64,000 nt of DNA from the human T2T-CHM13v2.0 reference genome, Homo sapiens. Positions 1 through 14,222 of this stretch are shown piece by piece. A program made the position numbers and the translations under genes. The first letter of the stretch is position 1, and the number at the start of each line of letters is the position of its first letter. Under the pieces are notes generated by a model, which saw nothing but the letters and a program-made list of their open reading frames with translations, had not been told where the DNA came from and ran no database searches. The stretch lies in NCBI RefSeq assembly GCF_009914755.1, contig NC_060931.1; one strand, written 5' to 3'.

Positions 1-719
1 TTTCAGGAAAAAAAAAGAAGCAATGGCACGTAAACAAACTTCTCCAATATGTTAATCTGAGAAGGAGAAATGAGAATCTGGGTTGGGGAACAAGTTTGTC
101 TAAATTCAAAGCCCAAATCAGTTCTACTAATAAATAGTGGGATTGAGCATTCTAATAAAGGATACTCCCGTGTTCCATCCTGGAGATTAATGCAAGATAA
201 GGCAGGAGAATAAAGCAGATAGCAATCATATTTCATGTTTGCTATTGATAAAAGCGAATAGAGAGGAAATCTTATAAGTATGTGGCTGTAGTATGGATTT
301 CAAGACTGGACCCCAAGAAGAGTGTGTCATCCCGTCTATCTGCTAGAAGATCTGAACAACCATGGCCATCCCTCTGAAAGACCAGTACCTGTTTCTGCAA
401 CATTTGGAGAGAAAAGCAGAACAGAATAAAAATTTTCTGCAGGAAATCAGATCCTTAGGAGAATGGGAGGGAAGCTATCGGTGCTAAGGTAAGTGCAACC
501 AGCTCTTGATCCCAGTTTTACCAATCAGTTAAATAACTTCTTAATCAGAGATTTATTGACCAGGCTTGACCTCCCCAGAGTAAAGCTACAGTAAGACAGT
601 AAACTCACTGTATGCAGGTTGCTTGCTCCAAGTTTATCGCTTCTGCAAAAATATCTTCCTTCTGATCAGTCTACAGAGCCCCCAGGGTTTTTTTTTAATG
701 TGTTTTGTACAGAGTTCTT

Positions 720-1027
<308 letters not shown>

Positions 1028-2612
1028 CAGAGTTCTTAATTGCAGATTGTTTTATTAGAATCCCATGCCTCTATTCCACTGCGCTTAGACCTTATGATCA
1101 TCTAGAAGTGATTTTCCCTATGTTATCAAGAAGTGATCTATTTGTTTCTAACATTTAAATTCCTAATTTTCCTATATTTTCCATTAGCTGGAAAATTCAG
1201 CTTTTTATAAATTCATTTTATGTACATGTGACAGTGCATGTATGTATACATATATTCATATATATATACATATATAGTGTATATACTGTATACACATAAT
1301 TCTCCCTAACAAACTAATCCATTACATTAATCCCTTTATTTCTATATTTCCAACATATGCTTTATTATATATAATAGCAAGATTCTACTCATTTTCTCTT
1401 CATGTTTCTAGATTTAGAATCAAATATCTTACTAGTTATAAAACTTAAAATAGTTTTTCACAGAACACAGATATTTCTAGATAACTAAACCTATCAAACA
1501 CTGACAAATTTTTATTTTCAAAAACATACAGATTGTTCTTCTTTCTTGAATAATGGAATTGATAATATTGTTAAATTGTAGCAAATACAGCAGCTTCCTG
1601 GTTTTTTTCCCAACTTTAAAGGATATTATTCTGATTGGTGTTGCTTTGATGGTGCTTTTTAAGATAGTTTTGTGATTTTTTGGACAGTTTTTGGACATGT
1701 TTTATATTTGTTAAAAGGCTTATATAAGAAATGAATGCTAAATGAGGCCAATTCAGCAGTGCTTTAATAGATTAGATTAGAATTACTAGATTTCCAACTG
1801 TTTATTATTAATTCATTGGGATATTATCCTTTCATTATTCTGGGATAGAGTCTAATTTGCCATTAAGTTTTATTCTTTTAATAACCTGCTGTATTTGGTT
1901 TACTGTTATTTTACTTAGGATGTATGCAGCTTAATTTATGTTTTTGATTTCTCCCCACTCAGGCTGCAGGGTAGATGAGAGATAAAGGAAATAAGTCAGG
2001 GATTTAACATGATGAATCTGATCACCCTTTTGACCATATTTAACTCTAATGCTACTATCTCTGTGGCAAGTAGAGCTGCCCAATGCATGCTACCTGAGGT
2101 CTGCCATCTGCCCGGTATTTTCTGACTCAGAATCCCGCTTCCTAAATTGTCCTGAAGGATTTGAATAAGAGAGCTCAGGTGTAATAAGCAAGACTTCCAG
2201 ATGTGAGGAAAAACATTATTCTAACTTCATGCTCACTTTTTTTAATCCTTTTTTTTGCACTCTGTTGTACTTTTTCTATTCTCTAGTGCTGAGCACATGC
2301 AACTCCACAGAATTGAGGACTCTGTCTGTGTAAGAGAGCACCCCTTAGATTAAGCTTAGTGTTCACGTCCACGTTCTATGATTAAATAACATGTTTTCTC
2401 TCCCTGCTCTCTTCTTGTCATTCAGGCAAAGAATTTGTGTCCTGGAGACTATATAATGATTTACAAACTTTTGCCAACGGAAGAAAATAATGAGGTTGCT
2501 TGGAGGTAGATAAGAGGTGGGATTTATTTTTTAAAGTGGCTGCAATTTGAAAGGTCACTTAAGAGGGCAGTAAGCAATCCTCTTAGAAAGAGACTATGTC
2601 TGTTTTTTCCCT

Positions 2613-2636
2613 GTTTGTTTGTTTGTTTGTTTGTTT
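2613..2636. repeat. (GTTT)n microsatellite
   Basis: About six GTTT units read directly. Confidence 0.9.
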
Positions 2637-4404
2637 AATGCGAGGACAGTGCCCTTTGCGGAGAGCCAAGAGGAAAACAAAATTTAACTAAGAGTAGTAA
2701 AATTGTTCTGGAAAATAAAGTAACTGAAATTGTAAACAGGTAGACTGAGACAAAGGATTTGATGAGAACTAGTATAGTGAGAGGAGTTTTCTTGAAAAGA
2801 GAATATTCTGAATAAGGAGTTGCAGAGACTACGAATCCCCAGGGAAGGTACGAGTGTCATGGAGAATAACGAGGTTACAGATAATAAATTTCTTGTTTGA
2901 GGAATGCCAAAATGACTTTTAGGGAGTTGAGTCTTAGGTTTTTAAAGGGCTGGGCTTTTACCAGTATCTCATTACGCAATGTAAAGGCTAAGAGTATGCC
3001 TAGAGCAACCTACCAAAAAATTGGACTAAATTTAATATTTGTTATTTTTCAAAATCTTCAAGGATACATCATCTCTGGAAAAAATATTCAATAAAAAGAT
3101 AATGAGGTTTGCCTCTAGGAAACAAGATTGTAGTTGTCTGGGAAATGAAATGGGAGGAGAATTACTGTTCAAGTTATATCCCTGTGCTTATATTACCTAC
3201 TCCAGAATAAAATAATTTAAAATGGAAATAAAAATAGTTATATAGAAAACCAGTGGTTTTTTAGACTTCTTTACTCTTTTAATTTTTTCCCCTAATATTT
3301 TAAAATGCCTAGAGGAGAAGAGCAGTATAGGATTTTTAGTGTTTTGAACACTGAATTATCCTTAATCCCTCAGAAAAAGAGGATGTTACATACAACAGCT
3401 TTGTATGAATGGTGCTTTGGAGAATTAAGGAGAAGGAGCAGTGGCCTGGAATGAGGCAAAATGTTATGGAAATAGGACAAGAGCCTCACAAAACAGAACC
3501 AGAAATGGAAATTTATAATTCAGGGAGAAAAGCAGGAATTTGGAGTGAGAGTTAACCCAGCACACAAAAAACCCCCCAGGAAAACTCTGAAATCTCACTC
3601 CTTGAAATTGAAGCTTGAATGAATCAGTTTATTATATCATAGATGATACCACAGGCTGAATGACTTCGAGATGCTCAGGTTCTGTTTGCTTTTAGGTTAC
3701 TTTAAAATTCTGCTTTATTCTTTTCTGAATGCACATCATTTTGTCAATACCTCTGATTTGTGGCTTCTGGAAGTAACAATAAGTTACAACAAGTAAGCTC
3801 TAACTAGTACAGAGCACAATGGAAAATTTACAGCCCCTGAGCTAAACACTGCATTTGAAATGTTCCTGCTAAATGCTCTAACTCTCCATAACACATATAA
3901 CATAGTAAGCTTTTTCTTTGGTTTCAAAATGACCACATGTTAATAGTTTATGTTAAATATTTGGTCTACTATCATGACCATGTCTTTTTCACTTGAATTT
4001 CTCTACTAAGACAACTACAATCATGTATTTGTGTGGAATTACATATCTACATAAGTGGAAATTTATTTAATGTCCTTACATATTGTCTTGTTCATTAGCT
4101 GTCTTTGAAAGTCATTTAAAAAATCTTTGTATTACCTGCCTCAAAAGGTTGCTAGGAAGATTGGATAAAATAATAAATATAAAGCAGTGAAATCAATGCA
4201 TAGCATATAATAAAGGCTCAACACAAGTTAACTGACATTCTTACTCCCTACTCCATTCTCTGAGATAAGCATTTTAAGGCAGACTACAAATTTGTCAGAT
4301 AATTTGTTTTCAACGGCAGAACATTTCTAACTCATGTCTGTATGGTTGAAGTCTGCTAATTTGACTGGAGCTTGCTCCTTTGATAGTTACATAATCACAG
4401 GCAT

Positions 4405-4593
4405 GTTATCAGGACTCTTGTTATTCCACAGATCAGCACATTGACAGCACCTTGGAGGTTGCTAAAAGGCAACATTTCAGACATCACTTCAGAAATAGTG
4501 TGTCAGAATCTTCACTTGAAAAACTGCAACAACAAAACTCCAGATAATTCAAATGCACGTTAAAATTTGAGAAGCTTAAGAAGCACTGCTCTA
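4405..4593. mobile_element. MER5-family (hAT-Charlie) DNA transposon fossil
   Basis: MER5-like motifs (…tcagaatc…; …aatgcacgttaaaatttgagaagc…actgctctag). Confidence 0.6.
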
Positions 4594-4976
4594 GAAATTT
4601 TACTTACCACATTTTGCAAATTTGAGTTCTTTTAGCTTCCACTATTTTACATTGCTATTGAAATTGTTTGACTTCTCCTTTTAAGTACAGGTGTCTTTTC
4701 TTTGGGACTTCATCTACTGAATCACACATATTTCTTATGACTTGTTTACTTCCTTCAGAGACTGTGTTATGTATACAGTATATGAGAGTGCATCATCATT
4801 TTGCTTCTTACCTTCAGGCACAGACCTAGAGCTGTATTATTGTACAGTGTTTATTCTTTAAATCATCACAAGACTTGAAATTTTTGTAAATGGAAGATGT
4901 TTTAAAAATATTTGTTATATTATTTATTATCTGGAAATATATTTAACCAGCATAATCTTTATAAAGATTTAGTATG

Positions 4977-5268
4977 AAGCTGGGCGTGGTGGCTCACACC
5001 TGTAATCCCATCACTTTGGGAGGCCAAGGCGGGTGGATCACCTGAGGTTAGATCACCTCGCCAGCATGGTGAGACCCCGTCTCTACTAAAAACACCAAAA
5101 TTAGCTGGGCGTGGTGGTGCACACGTTTGTAATCACAGCTACTCTGGAGGCTGAGGCAGGAGAATCACTTGAACCTGGGAGATGAAGGTTGCAGTGAGCC
5201 AAGATTGCATCACCTCACTCCAGCCTGGGCAACAAAGTGAGACTGTGTCTCAAAAACAAACAAACAAA
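4977..5268 (+). mobile_element. AluS (Sx-like) SINE with rearranged B-box region
   Basis: Dimeric Alu, (CAAA)n tail, perfect 14-bp TSD AAAGATTTAGTATG at 4963-4976 and 5269-5282. Confidence 0.93.
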
Positions 5269-6422
5269 AAAGATTTAGTATGGGGCCATTTTACTGCTCA
5301 AGAAAATAGTAAAAATGTATCTTTTGTGTGAACATAAGAATCTTGTTGCCTTTTGACTTTTCATATTTTTGTGTGTTTTCTGTTGAATACTTATCTGGAT
5401 TGCCTGATGAAAATACTGTGTCCAAGGGGCTACAAAATTTACCATTTGAAATTTTGAAATTTTCTGTAAGACTGACATATAACAAGACAGTTCAACACTC
5501 TTGCTAATTCTTATTTAGTATAGACTTACTAGGCCATTCCTTAGTGGTTATACCTGTTCCTACCATCGATCCTGAAGCCCATACCTCGGTTCACAAGGTC
5601 TTTCTCTTTACTGCCCTGCTCTTGTCTCTGAGATCTTCTCATTTCCACAGCGCTAGGTAAGAGTGGAGTGGAGGTGTCTACACTTCCTCATCTCTCTCCC
5701 AGGTCTTACAAATTTGTATTTCTTCTTAGTTCTTGGGGAATAACCACAGGCTACTCTAATTTCCCCCTAATTTCCTTAAGCACAAAGTTTTATTTTCCCT
5801 TTCTAAAATAATAGACCTTGCTGGTTCTCTAAAAGATGAAAATGTTAATCTCTCACACAGACAGACACAGGTCCTAGAAGCACCAAAGCCATTTCCTGAA
5901 GTAAGTAATACTTGGACTTTAAGAACAGAAAGAACTGGCAATCTTTGGGCTGGAGAGAGTTGGGGAAAATACTTTTTATTACTGCCTGAGGAGTTTACAG
6001 TAGTAAAACAATTAGAGTTCAAGGCAATTTCTTATTATCTCTTTTCATAAATTCTTGGAAAACCACCCAGCAATAATAATTTAGCATTTGGTTTTTATGA
6101 GCAACATGACTCTGTATTTTTATGTATATTTTTCTTACTTAGAAAAAAATCCTCACATATTACACAATAATACTGTATTTCATATTTTGGTGTCTGGATT
6201 ATAGAGGTGGATAAATTTAAATATTTTCACAGAATATTATAAAAAAGGATTAAGAAATCCATCAAAAATATTTCGTCATTATTCTGTACAAATGGATAAG
6301 TCAGCAGTTAAAATTGTTCTCAGCACTTTTGGCAGTAAAAGCATATGATAAAAAATGATGGTGTTGGACAAGATAGTTTCCAAAATGCCTTGCCAATTTG
6401 TAAAGGGTGAAATGAAGGTGTA

Positions 6423-6754
6423 CAGTCGTCCCATGATATACATGGGGGATTGATTCTAGGACTTCAGAGGATACTAAAATCCATGGATACCCAAGTCCAT
6501 TATATGAATTCTGATATAATTCTGCATATAACAAATGCAGTCTTCCATATACTTTAAATTTTCTCTAGATTATTTAGGATACCTAATACAACATCTACAT
6601 ATCCTATTTGCCTAGATTCAGTGCAGTACATGGCACAGAGAATATTCAAGCTTTGCTCTTTGGAACGTTGTGGAATTTTTTTTTCCTGAATACTTTTGAT
6701 CAACATTTAGTTGAATCCACAGATGTGGAACCCTTGCATACAAACAGTCAACAG
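6423..6754. mobile_element. MER2/MER2B (TcMar-Tigger) MITE
   Basis: TA-flanked CAGTCGTCCC start, GGGGGATTG(G)TTC(C)AGGAC and GATAC(C)AAAATCCA(C)GGAT motifs, GTTGAATCCACAGATGTGGAACCC near the other end. Confidence 0.8.
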
Positions 6755-7279
6755 TATATATATTTTTCTTGATAGGGTTTCACAAAATGAACGTCTAAGG
6801 GTGAAGGGTAATGAATATAAAAGTATCAGTTTCTTTCTTCATTACCTTGGTTAGCATTATTCTTAACATATATTAAAGTTCATATTATTTAAATTCGCAT
6901 GCATTTCACACTAGTGTTTAACTTCTCAAGCTGGTCCAAACCATGTGCCTAGTTAATGCTTCTCCAAGCCTTCAGTCACATCTAGAGGATTCCTCACCCC
7001 TACACCTGCATCACCACAGTGTAAATCCACAGTATAAATTGGAATAATATTTCCATGTCTTATTCAAATGTTTGCTGTGTAGATTTCTGTGATTCTAAAA
7101 CAGTAAATAATTTCTGCCTTATTCTACATATTCATAATTATCTGTTAAATAATTATTTTTAAGTATTTTATTATCACTTCATGTATAACATTGTCTTATT
7201 TCCATTATATTTAAGTTCATTGAAGATGTGTTATACATGTGATTCCAAATTATACATACAAAGTACCTGAAATAGTCCC

Positions 7280-10200
7280 TTATTCTATTAATTAGGGTAA
7301 TAGGGGAAAAGAAACAGATGGAACACTCAAATAATTTAACAAAATTGAATTAATCTTATAGGTTATCTATAGAAATATGGAAAGAGTTCTGAGAACTAAA
7401 AAGGGGTAAAATTCAAAGGACTATTGACAGGAGAAAGCTGGAGGAGCTGTAATCATTTTTAGCCTTGAAATGGCAAAGGGAAGGTATAGTGTTTTAAGAG
7501 CTCAGTGAGAACTGAAATCAGGGACTAGGGCCTGCCTGATTTAATCTGTCCCCACAGAACAACACAACAGCTACCAAAATATCAATGAGGCAACAAAAGA
7601 AAGGGGAGAACTAAGGTGCCAAACTCATTCACTCCTCCTGCCCTTAGTTGTCTGGCTGATGTCTTCTTTGTCTCCAAAAGAAGAATGTTGCAAGTTATCA
7701 AAGGTAATAGCAATTGGTTCCAGACCCAAGTATTCTTAATATGCAGCACCATATATTTGCTATTAATAGTTTAACTATCAATATATCCTATACATCAACA
7801 ATCCAATCTCACAAGATATTATCCCATGGCTGGGGCCATTAATGAGTCCAGTAGACACTTCCACTGGTCCGTTGAGTAAGATGTTTCCAGGTAATGGAGC
7901 ACTTAGTAAAATTAGAGATTCCATAAGCCTGACCTCATGGGTGCACTTGTTTTAACGTAAACTAAGATTCTTGTTTGGAGGATATGTTGTAGAGGATTCC
8001 ATGGTGATGATTAAATCATTCTGGAAGTCCTCAAATGATGGTGCTGGAGGAAGAATCTCAGTCAGGAATAGCAAATTGGCATAAAGAATGCACATATATT
8101 CCCAATGACCTTAAACTCCTGCCTTCTCTTTGATGGAAGTAGTCCAGTGTAATCAACCAGATACTAGATAGCTGTGGGTCACCTAGGGAATGGTGCCATA
8201 TCAGAGGCCCACCACTAGCCTTTACTGAAATCAAATTGAACATCCAGCATTAGTAGGCAGATGAGCCTTGATGAAGGGGTATATCATTAATTGTTTAGAC
8301 CAAGTATACTCTTTGACCTTGACCATTGGCTATTATTCTCATTTTTACCAGGGAAACCAATTTCATGGTGATCTCCTTTCATATCCAGTATACAGAGGAC
8401 AGACAACTCAGAGCTTTCCTGGATGCTAGGGTTCCACTCACTATATGAAGTTCTACATGCGTCAAAGAGGGTTCTTTGAGTCCGCCCAGTGGACACGGTT
8501 AGACTGCGGCTGAACAAGCTGAATGCAATGGATCCACTTCATCAGTCCTATTGCCCTAAATGTTAGTCTCCTTTTTCCAGTTTACTGGGGTTGTTCTATA
8601 ATTTTAATTTCATTGATTCTAGACACTGCTATGAACAAGCTTCAAATAACTAACTCAACATTTAAGCCCACTCCTAAGCATCCTAGCTAACACTCTAATT
8701 CTTCAATTCTGGATGAACATATCCATATTAAGACATTTAGCCTGATCCCGCTTATATTTTATTCTTCTTGGCTTTATATCCTCAGACTATATTCCTGTAC
8801 ATGCTTTTTAGTCCTCTTTAATGATGCTGTTTAGCAAGATGCTGAATCTTTCATGTAATCACTTTCTCTTCCTGAAGGAAACTTCACTTTAGTTTTTCTC
8901 AACTATGCCAGAATCTAACCTTTGGAATATGCCTCAAGAAAATATGAGTGTACATGTCTGAGAAAAAAGTTGTTGTTGAGAATAGTTATTCTCTTGAGAT
9001 AAGTTCTTTAGGTATAGTCAATAGAAGGTTTTTTTTTTTTTTTCTTTGGAATGCCAGTTTCCTCAGGTACTGGGGGAGGAATGGATTCTACTAGCAACTA
9101 AGCATTAAGGAAGTTTGAACATTTCAATTCTCAGAGGCATCTAAATCTGTCCAAATGGCCTCATCACATGTCTTACATCACATCACTCCTTACCAACTAG
9201 TGCCCTCATGTTAGCACAATAATTCTCAAACTCCTTGTCTCATGGTCTTTACCTTTTTAAAAGCTATTGATAACCTCAAAGATCTTTTGTTACTGTAGAA
9301 TACATATTGCATATTTAATATTTCAAATTGAAATCAGAAAATATTGATATATAAGAATGCACCAACACACATCTCATTCGCTACTAGAACAATGACTTTA
9401 TTTCATCTATGTAGCTTACTGTTTTTATTTTAAAAATAATTTTGACCTCAGGGACCTTATGAAATATCTTAGGAACCTCCAGTGGTCCCAAGAGCATACC
9501 CTGAGATGTGCTGCTTTAGCACAAGAGACGTGTTGGGGTTGCATATTTAGCTGGTATTACAACAATGCAGCCCACACAGTCAGGTTTGGGCACAGGATCT
9601 TCAAACTTATCTGTTCTGAGTCACGCAAATTACAAAACTCTTGGACACCAGAGAGTTTGTCTGGCTTTCTACCTGTGCTTTGAATTGAGAGGCCAAAGTC
9701 CTAACCTTGTAGTTTTCTTTTTGTAACATTCCCAGTGTAATGAGTAGTTGTTATCCAACCCTTCTTTGCAATCACCACCTTTGCCATGGCAACTAAGGGC
9801 TGAACATCTTCATTTTGCACACCTTGCTGTTAGAAAGAAGCACTCCACTTCTTCATAAATTAAATAGTTGTGATGCCCACTGACTACTATAAATTATCAG
9901 TGTTCCATCTTTCCCAGGAAGATGGTTATTCATATGTCCATTAAGTATATGATCAACCCAGTACTAGAATTCTTATCACAGGGCTTGTAAGTTTCCTGGG
10001 GCCACTTCTGATTCTGTTTTCAGCAGTATCCTGGTTAGAAGAGAGAAGGAACACTTAAAGCTATTCTACTGGAGAGCATTCAGTTAATGAACTATTTTCG
10101 GAGGCATGTGAAGGGTTAAGGAAATCATAAGCAGGCAGTGAGACTAGAAGCCATCACTACTGCTAAGCCTGAAATGTCAAGAGAAGAGTTATAAGGAGTG

Positions 10201-10430
10201 ATGTGGTGTAAGACATGTAAGAGCTGGAGCTGTGAAAGAGGCACCACATGGCTAGACCTGTGGCTGATGAGGAACTTTCAGAATCACAACAAGATAGGCA
10301 AAGGAAAGAGAATACCTGCCCTGAATCTCACAGTTCCCTTTCTCTGATCTCCTTTTTTTGCCCACCATCATCCGAACCCAACTGGAAGACAGACAGGGCA
10401 GAGAAACCACACTGTTCATCTGTAGAGAAC
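7280..10430 (-). mobile_element. Degraded ERVL-class proviral remnant: two related LTR-like segments (~7280-7680 and ~10025-10430) flanking internal sequence
   Basis: Both ends share recognisable ERVL-LTR motifs (GGAACACT.AA, AGCC(T)TGAAATG.CAA). 7800-8560 resembles ERVL/MaLR internal sequence, and GCCACTTCTG (~10001) resembles the internal start next to the 5' LTR. Confidence 0.45.
9217..9513. mobile_element. hAT-Charlie non-autonomous element (MER119/Charlie-like) nested in the ERVL remnant
   Basis: Degenerate TIRs CAATAATTCTCAAAC … GAGATGTGCTG; imperfect 8-bp TSD TGTTAGCA/CTTTAGCA. Confidence 0.6.
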
Positions 10431-13400
10431 AAGTAGCACATAGTGAAGGAAGGAAGAAAAAGTTGACACAGCTTAAATCTTCTATTGATTGATCTGTGAA
10501 GACTATATCATATGATAGATTCAAATATTTACATAGTAACATATTTTTTTAAATTAAAGATCCGTGGAAAATATAAAAAAATCTTCATAACTATAAATAT
10601 AAAATAAGCAAGATACTTTAAGTATAATTTTCATTTTTCAATAGTATTTCTCTAGATGGCATAAATATAGAAATAACTCAATATTAACAGGAAAAATACC
10701 TTAAGAAGAATTCAATCTACTTTAATAAAATTTAGTGCCTTATAGCAAACATAGCAGAAATAATGCCTCCTGTGATTGTCTGGCTTGTGGTAGAAAACAA
10801 ATGGTTCAGTATGATCTTTTTGTTGATGGGAATGATAAAAGCGTTTAGAATAAAAATGTCAAATACACATTAAAGTCTGTAAGTGTTTCAATACATTTAA
10901 ATCTACCAACAGATTTCTTTATCACATATCTTATAAATAAATGTTCTTATTCAAAAAGAAAAGTTTTCTACATTCCATTCAATAACTATGACTGATTACC
11001 TATGTACGGAGCATGATTCCTCTAATTTCTTTCTCTTTGCTATAGCCTATAACATTTTGGGAGTGAAAAGATATGAAAGGTATAAATCCACAAAAGGAAC
11101 CTATGTATCATAAAATTCTTGGAAGGGGCTGGTAATCTAGGGAGCAAAAAAGCTGCTGTACCTGTTATGATACCAGATTTTCAATATCAAAGCTGCTGCC
11201 TGTGCTAGAAATAGCTCTCTCATCAGGCATCCACCTAGCCATTTTGTTTTCCTCTTGTGATGAGTGCAGATTAAATCAATCAGTCAGTGGTAGGAAATAG
11301 GCGTGTTTTATTTTCTCAGGTTGAACAACTTTGTCAGCATGACTCTGAGTTTTTACTGACGTAAAAACGTATTTTTAAATACTTGTCAGAAATAGGTATC
11401 TGCTAAAAATGAAATATGGGATCACAGTTTGTCAAGACCAAATGTGTTGAGTTCTTGGAGAAGAGTGTGTGCATGTTTGCTTTATATGTGCACAATGGCA
11501 CTAACAACAACAACAACAATCAAAGGCAGGTTGCAAAATGAGTAAATCAAGTAAATGTTATTGAGCAGGTGGGCAGGGGAGATGTTGAGAAAATGCTGGA
11601 AATCATTGCCGAAAGGCAAGGGAATCTTAAAAAGGATTCCAAAAAGTGATTTCTGACTAACGTGTATATCATAAAGGGTCTAAATTTACTACAGAGGAGA
11701 GATCATTGAACCATCTGTATCTTCCTTAAATAAAATGCAAAACAGAATTTTGAAGACTCAGAATTAGCTATGAATATTTCTCTCTCTCTGGGTCATAGAA
11801 TGGAGCTTTATATAGGATACTTCCTTCCCCATGGTCATATTTGACTGTCCACACTGGAAAAGCCAAACTAAATCTCACATCCGAGACACCTGCTGGGGAA
11901 ATTTCACCTATAAATGGCATCAGAACTGGTTTAGATGGATTTTCTCTACTAGTGAAACTGTCAGAGATCCCCAGTTGCTTGTTGCATTATTTTGTTTCTT
12001 TTACAATATTTTCCTCAGGAAATGTCCTTAGAATTGTCAGAATCTTAGTTTTCAGTATTCTGCTGTATTCTGAGGTCTTCCTTGCCATTGTTTTGGAATC
12101 TCTGGTGGCACCTATTGTCTGTAGAATGTGCCATTTTGCCACCTGGCCCCAGCTGACTTTTTCAATCTCAACTCCTGCTTTTTCGTTGTTGTTGTTTTGC
12201 TTTGTTTTTGCAATTACGTGCTGCATTCTAGCCACAGCAAATGGTATACAAACTTCAATATAATATAAACTTCAGTTTGTTAGTCTTTTATTTTGGCATA
12301 GCTTTCTTCCCATATGTTCCCAATACACTTGTACTGATCATCACATTATTATTTGGATGTCATAACCATAGATTTCCCAGAAAGAAATTATGTAAATGAC
12401 ATGGCATATATGCGATAGGCATGTATACATGCATGTACATTCTATTCATGTTGCAACTGTAATGACTTGTCTATATCCAGGATAGACTGTAGCATCTAGG
12501 GGCAATAACTCTATCTTATTTCACAAAGTACTTTCCAAAGTTCCTGGCACATATTAGACCTTCCCTAAAAATATGTTTATATATAGTTTTTTTCTCAAAT
12601 TCTGCTAGCTTGTTTAGTTAAACATATAAATTGTACTTTTGAATTAATAAAATGGTTACTAATAATGCATGTGTCATTATGCAAATTACTACAATGTACT
12701 AAAGCTTGTTAGGCTAGAAAGTTATAAAAGAGACATCTAACCCTCACTGGGAGGAGCAAGTATCTAAATCCCAGAAACATTAAATATTTAGCTTCAGAAA
12801 ACTCTAGCAGCTTACATCATGCATTCTTACAAATTTCCACCCAATTTTCCACTGATAAGATAGAGAAAAAGGGGTAATAAGAGATGTATTTTACAGTAAA
12901 CAGGTAGAGGAAGAAATACAGTACATTTTTATGACAATCATATGAAGCTCAAACCACAGCAGAGATTCTGCCATAAAATTACACAGCATGGAGGAAAAGG
13001 GAGACTTCAATAGGGTGCTCCAAACCAGAGGTGAGACCTACAGAATTTGGTTCCTTCTACCACAAAGTGGCCACAGTGGCTAAGGAAGAAATTAAATATT
13101 TGGTCCACCTGAGTTTAAAGGTCATCTTGACTCATTTCACTGCCCTCACTGGCCTTTGGAGGACACAAGCCTGCCAGTGTCAAGGCGGTTGTTCAGGTGA
13201 GAATGGCAACATTCACAGGTACACAATATCATATGGGCATGGAAAGTGACCTAACAAATTAGATCTCTCCATTTTTTTTTCTGGTTTGGAAAAGGATATA
13301 AAGATGACAAAAGGAAATAAAATGGCATATTATAATAGTCTAATCCCCAGTTTTGCATAAAATACATTCAAAAAACTCTAAGGGGGGGCACCGTTAACTA

Positions 13401-13667
13401 ATTCAGCGCTAGATCCAGTTGTGTATTTAAAAAAAGGCCTATTTTAGTTTATAAATAGATTATAAATTAATAGATATTTTATCATCTTAGGAGTCATCCT
13501 GTTCCCTTGGGAAAAAATACGTTTTATATACAAAATAAAAACCCCTAAAGACCATTTCAGGTTGGGTAAAGAGGTCAGGAGTGGATGGACAGAAATCAAT
13601 ATTTAGATGTAATTTCCATCACTGGGGGCCCAAAAGTGAAAGTAAATTTTAACTTCACACTTATTGA

Positions 13668-14085
13668 GTTTGGCAGCCATGATAATGCTCCACTCAGGTC
13701 TCCCCTGCAGAAGACTGGTATTACTATATTGGACTGGTAGCCTGAGCTCTTGAGCTCTGATCTTTCCACAACCCTGTTTTCTCTATCCTCTCACTTTCCT
13801 GTGGGCTGATCTCACCAATGACTAAAAAAGGCCATGAAGTGTATAATTTTCTGATGCACAATTTTGGCTCAAAGACTCCCCATGAAACTGGAACAGACCT
13901 TTTTAGAGCTACTTGCAATCTGAGATGACCTATCCAACTCTCCCTCCTTCTCTATTTCTTCACAGGAATCAGAACTGTATTATACATAGTCTGAGGACTG
14001 TCCCATCTTTTCTGACTGCCTCTTCTTGTCCTTCATGTCTAATTCCATCTTGGCTTCCTCTTTTTTAGATGACCTAAACTAGTAT
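13668..14085 (+). mobile_element. ERVL solo LTR (LTR16/LTR33-like)
   Basis: Start TGGCAGCCATGATAATGCTCCACTCAGGTCTCC and end CCATCTTGGC…GACCTAAACTA resemble the termini of this family. Confidence 0.5.
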
Positions 14086-14222
14086 GTTAAGTGATTTACC
14101 CCTGCTGTATATGAATTATATTTCTTCCAGTACAGAAAATATGTACATTATCTAGTTTGGGGGCTTAAAACTGAACATACATAAAGAGCTCTTTTTTAAA
14201 ACACACAAAAATATTTAAACCC

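Noticed and set aside
11831-12263. Overlapping 140-aa hydrophobic ORF and 82-aa antisense ORF
   Set aside because: The 140-aa ORF has a non-ATG start and T-rich composition explains its hydrophobicity; no recognisable homology for either.
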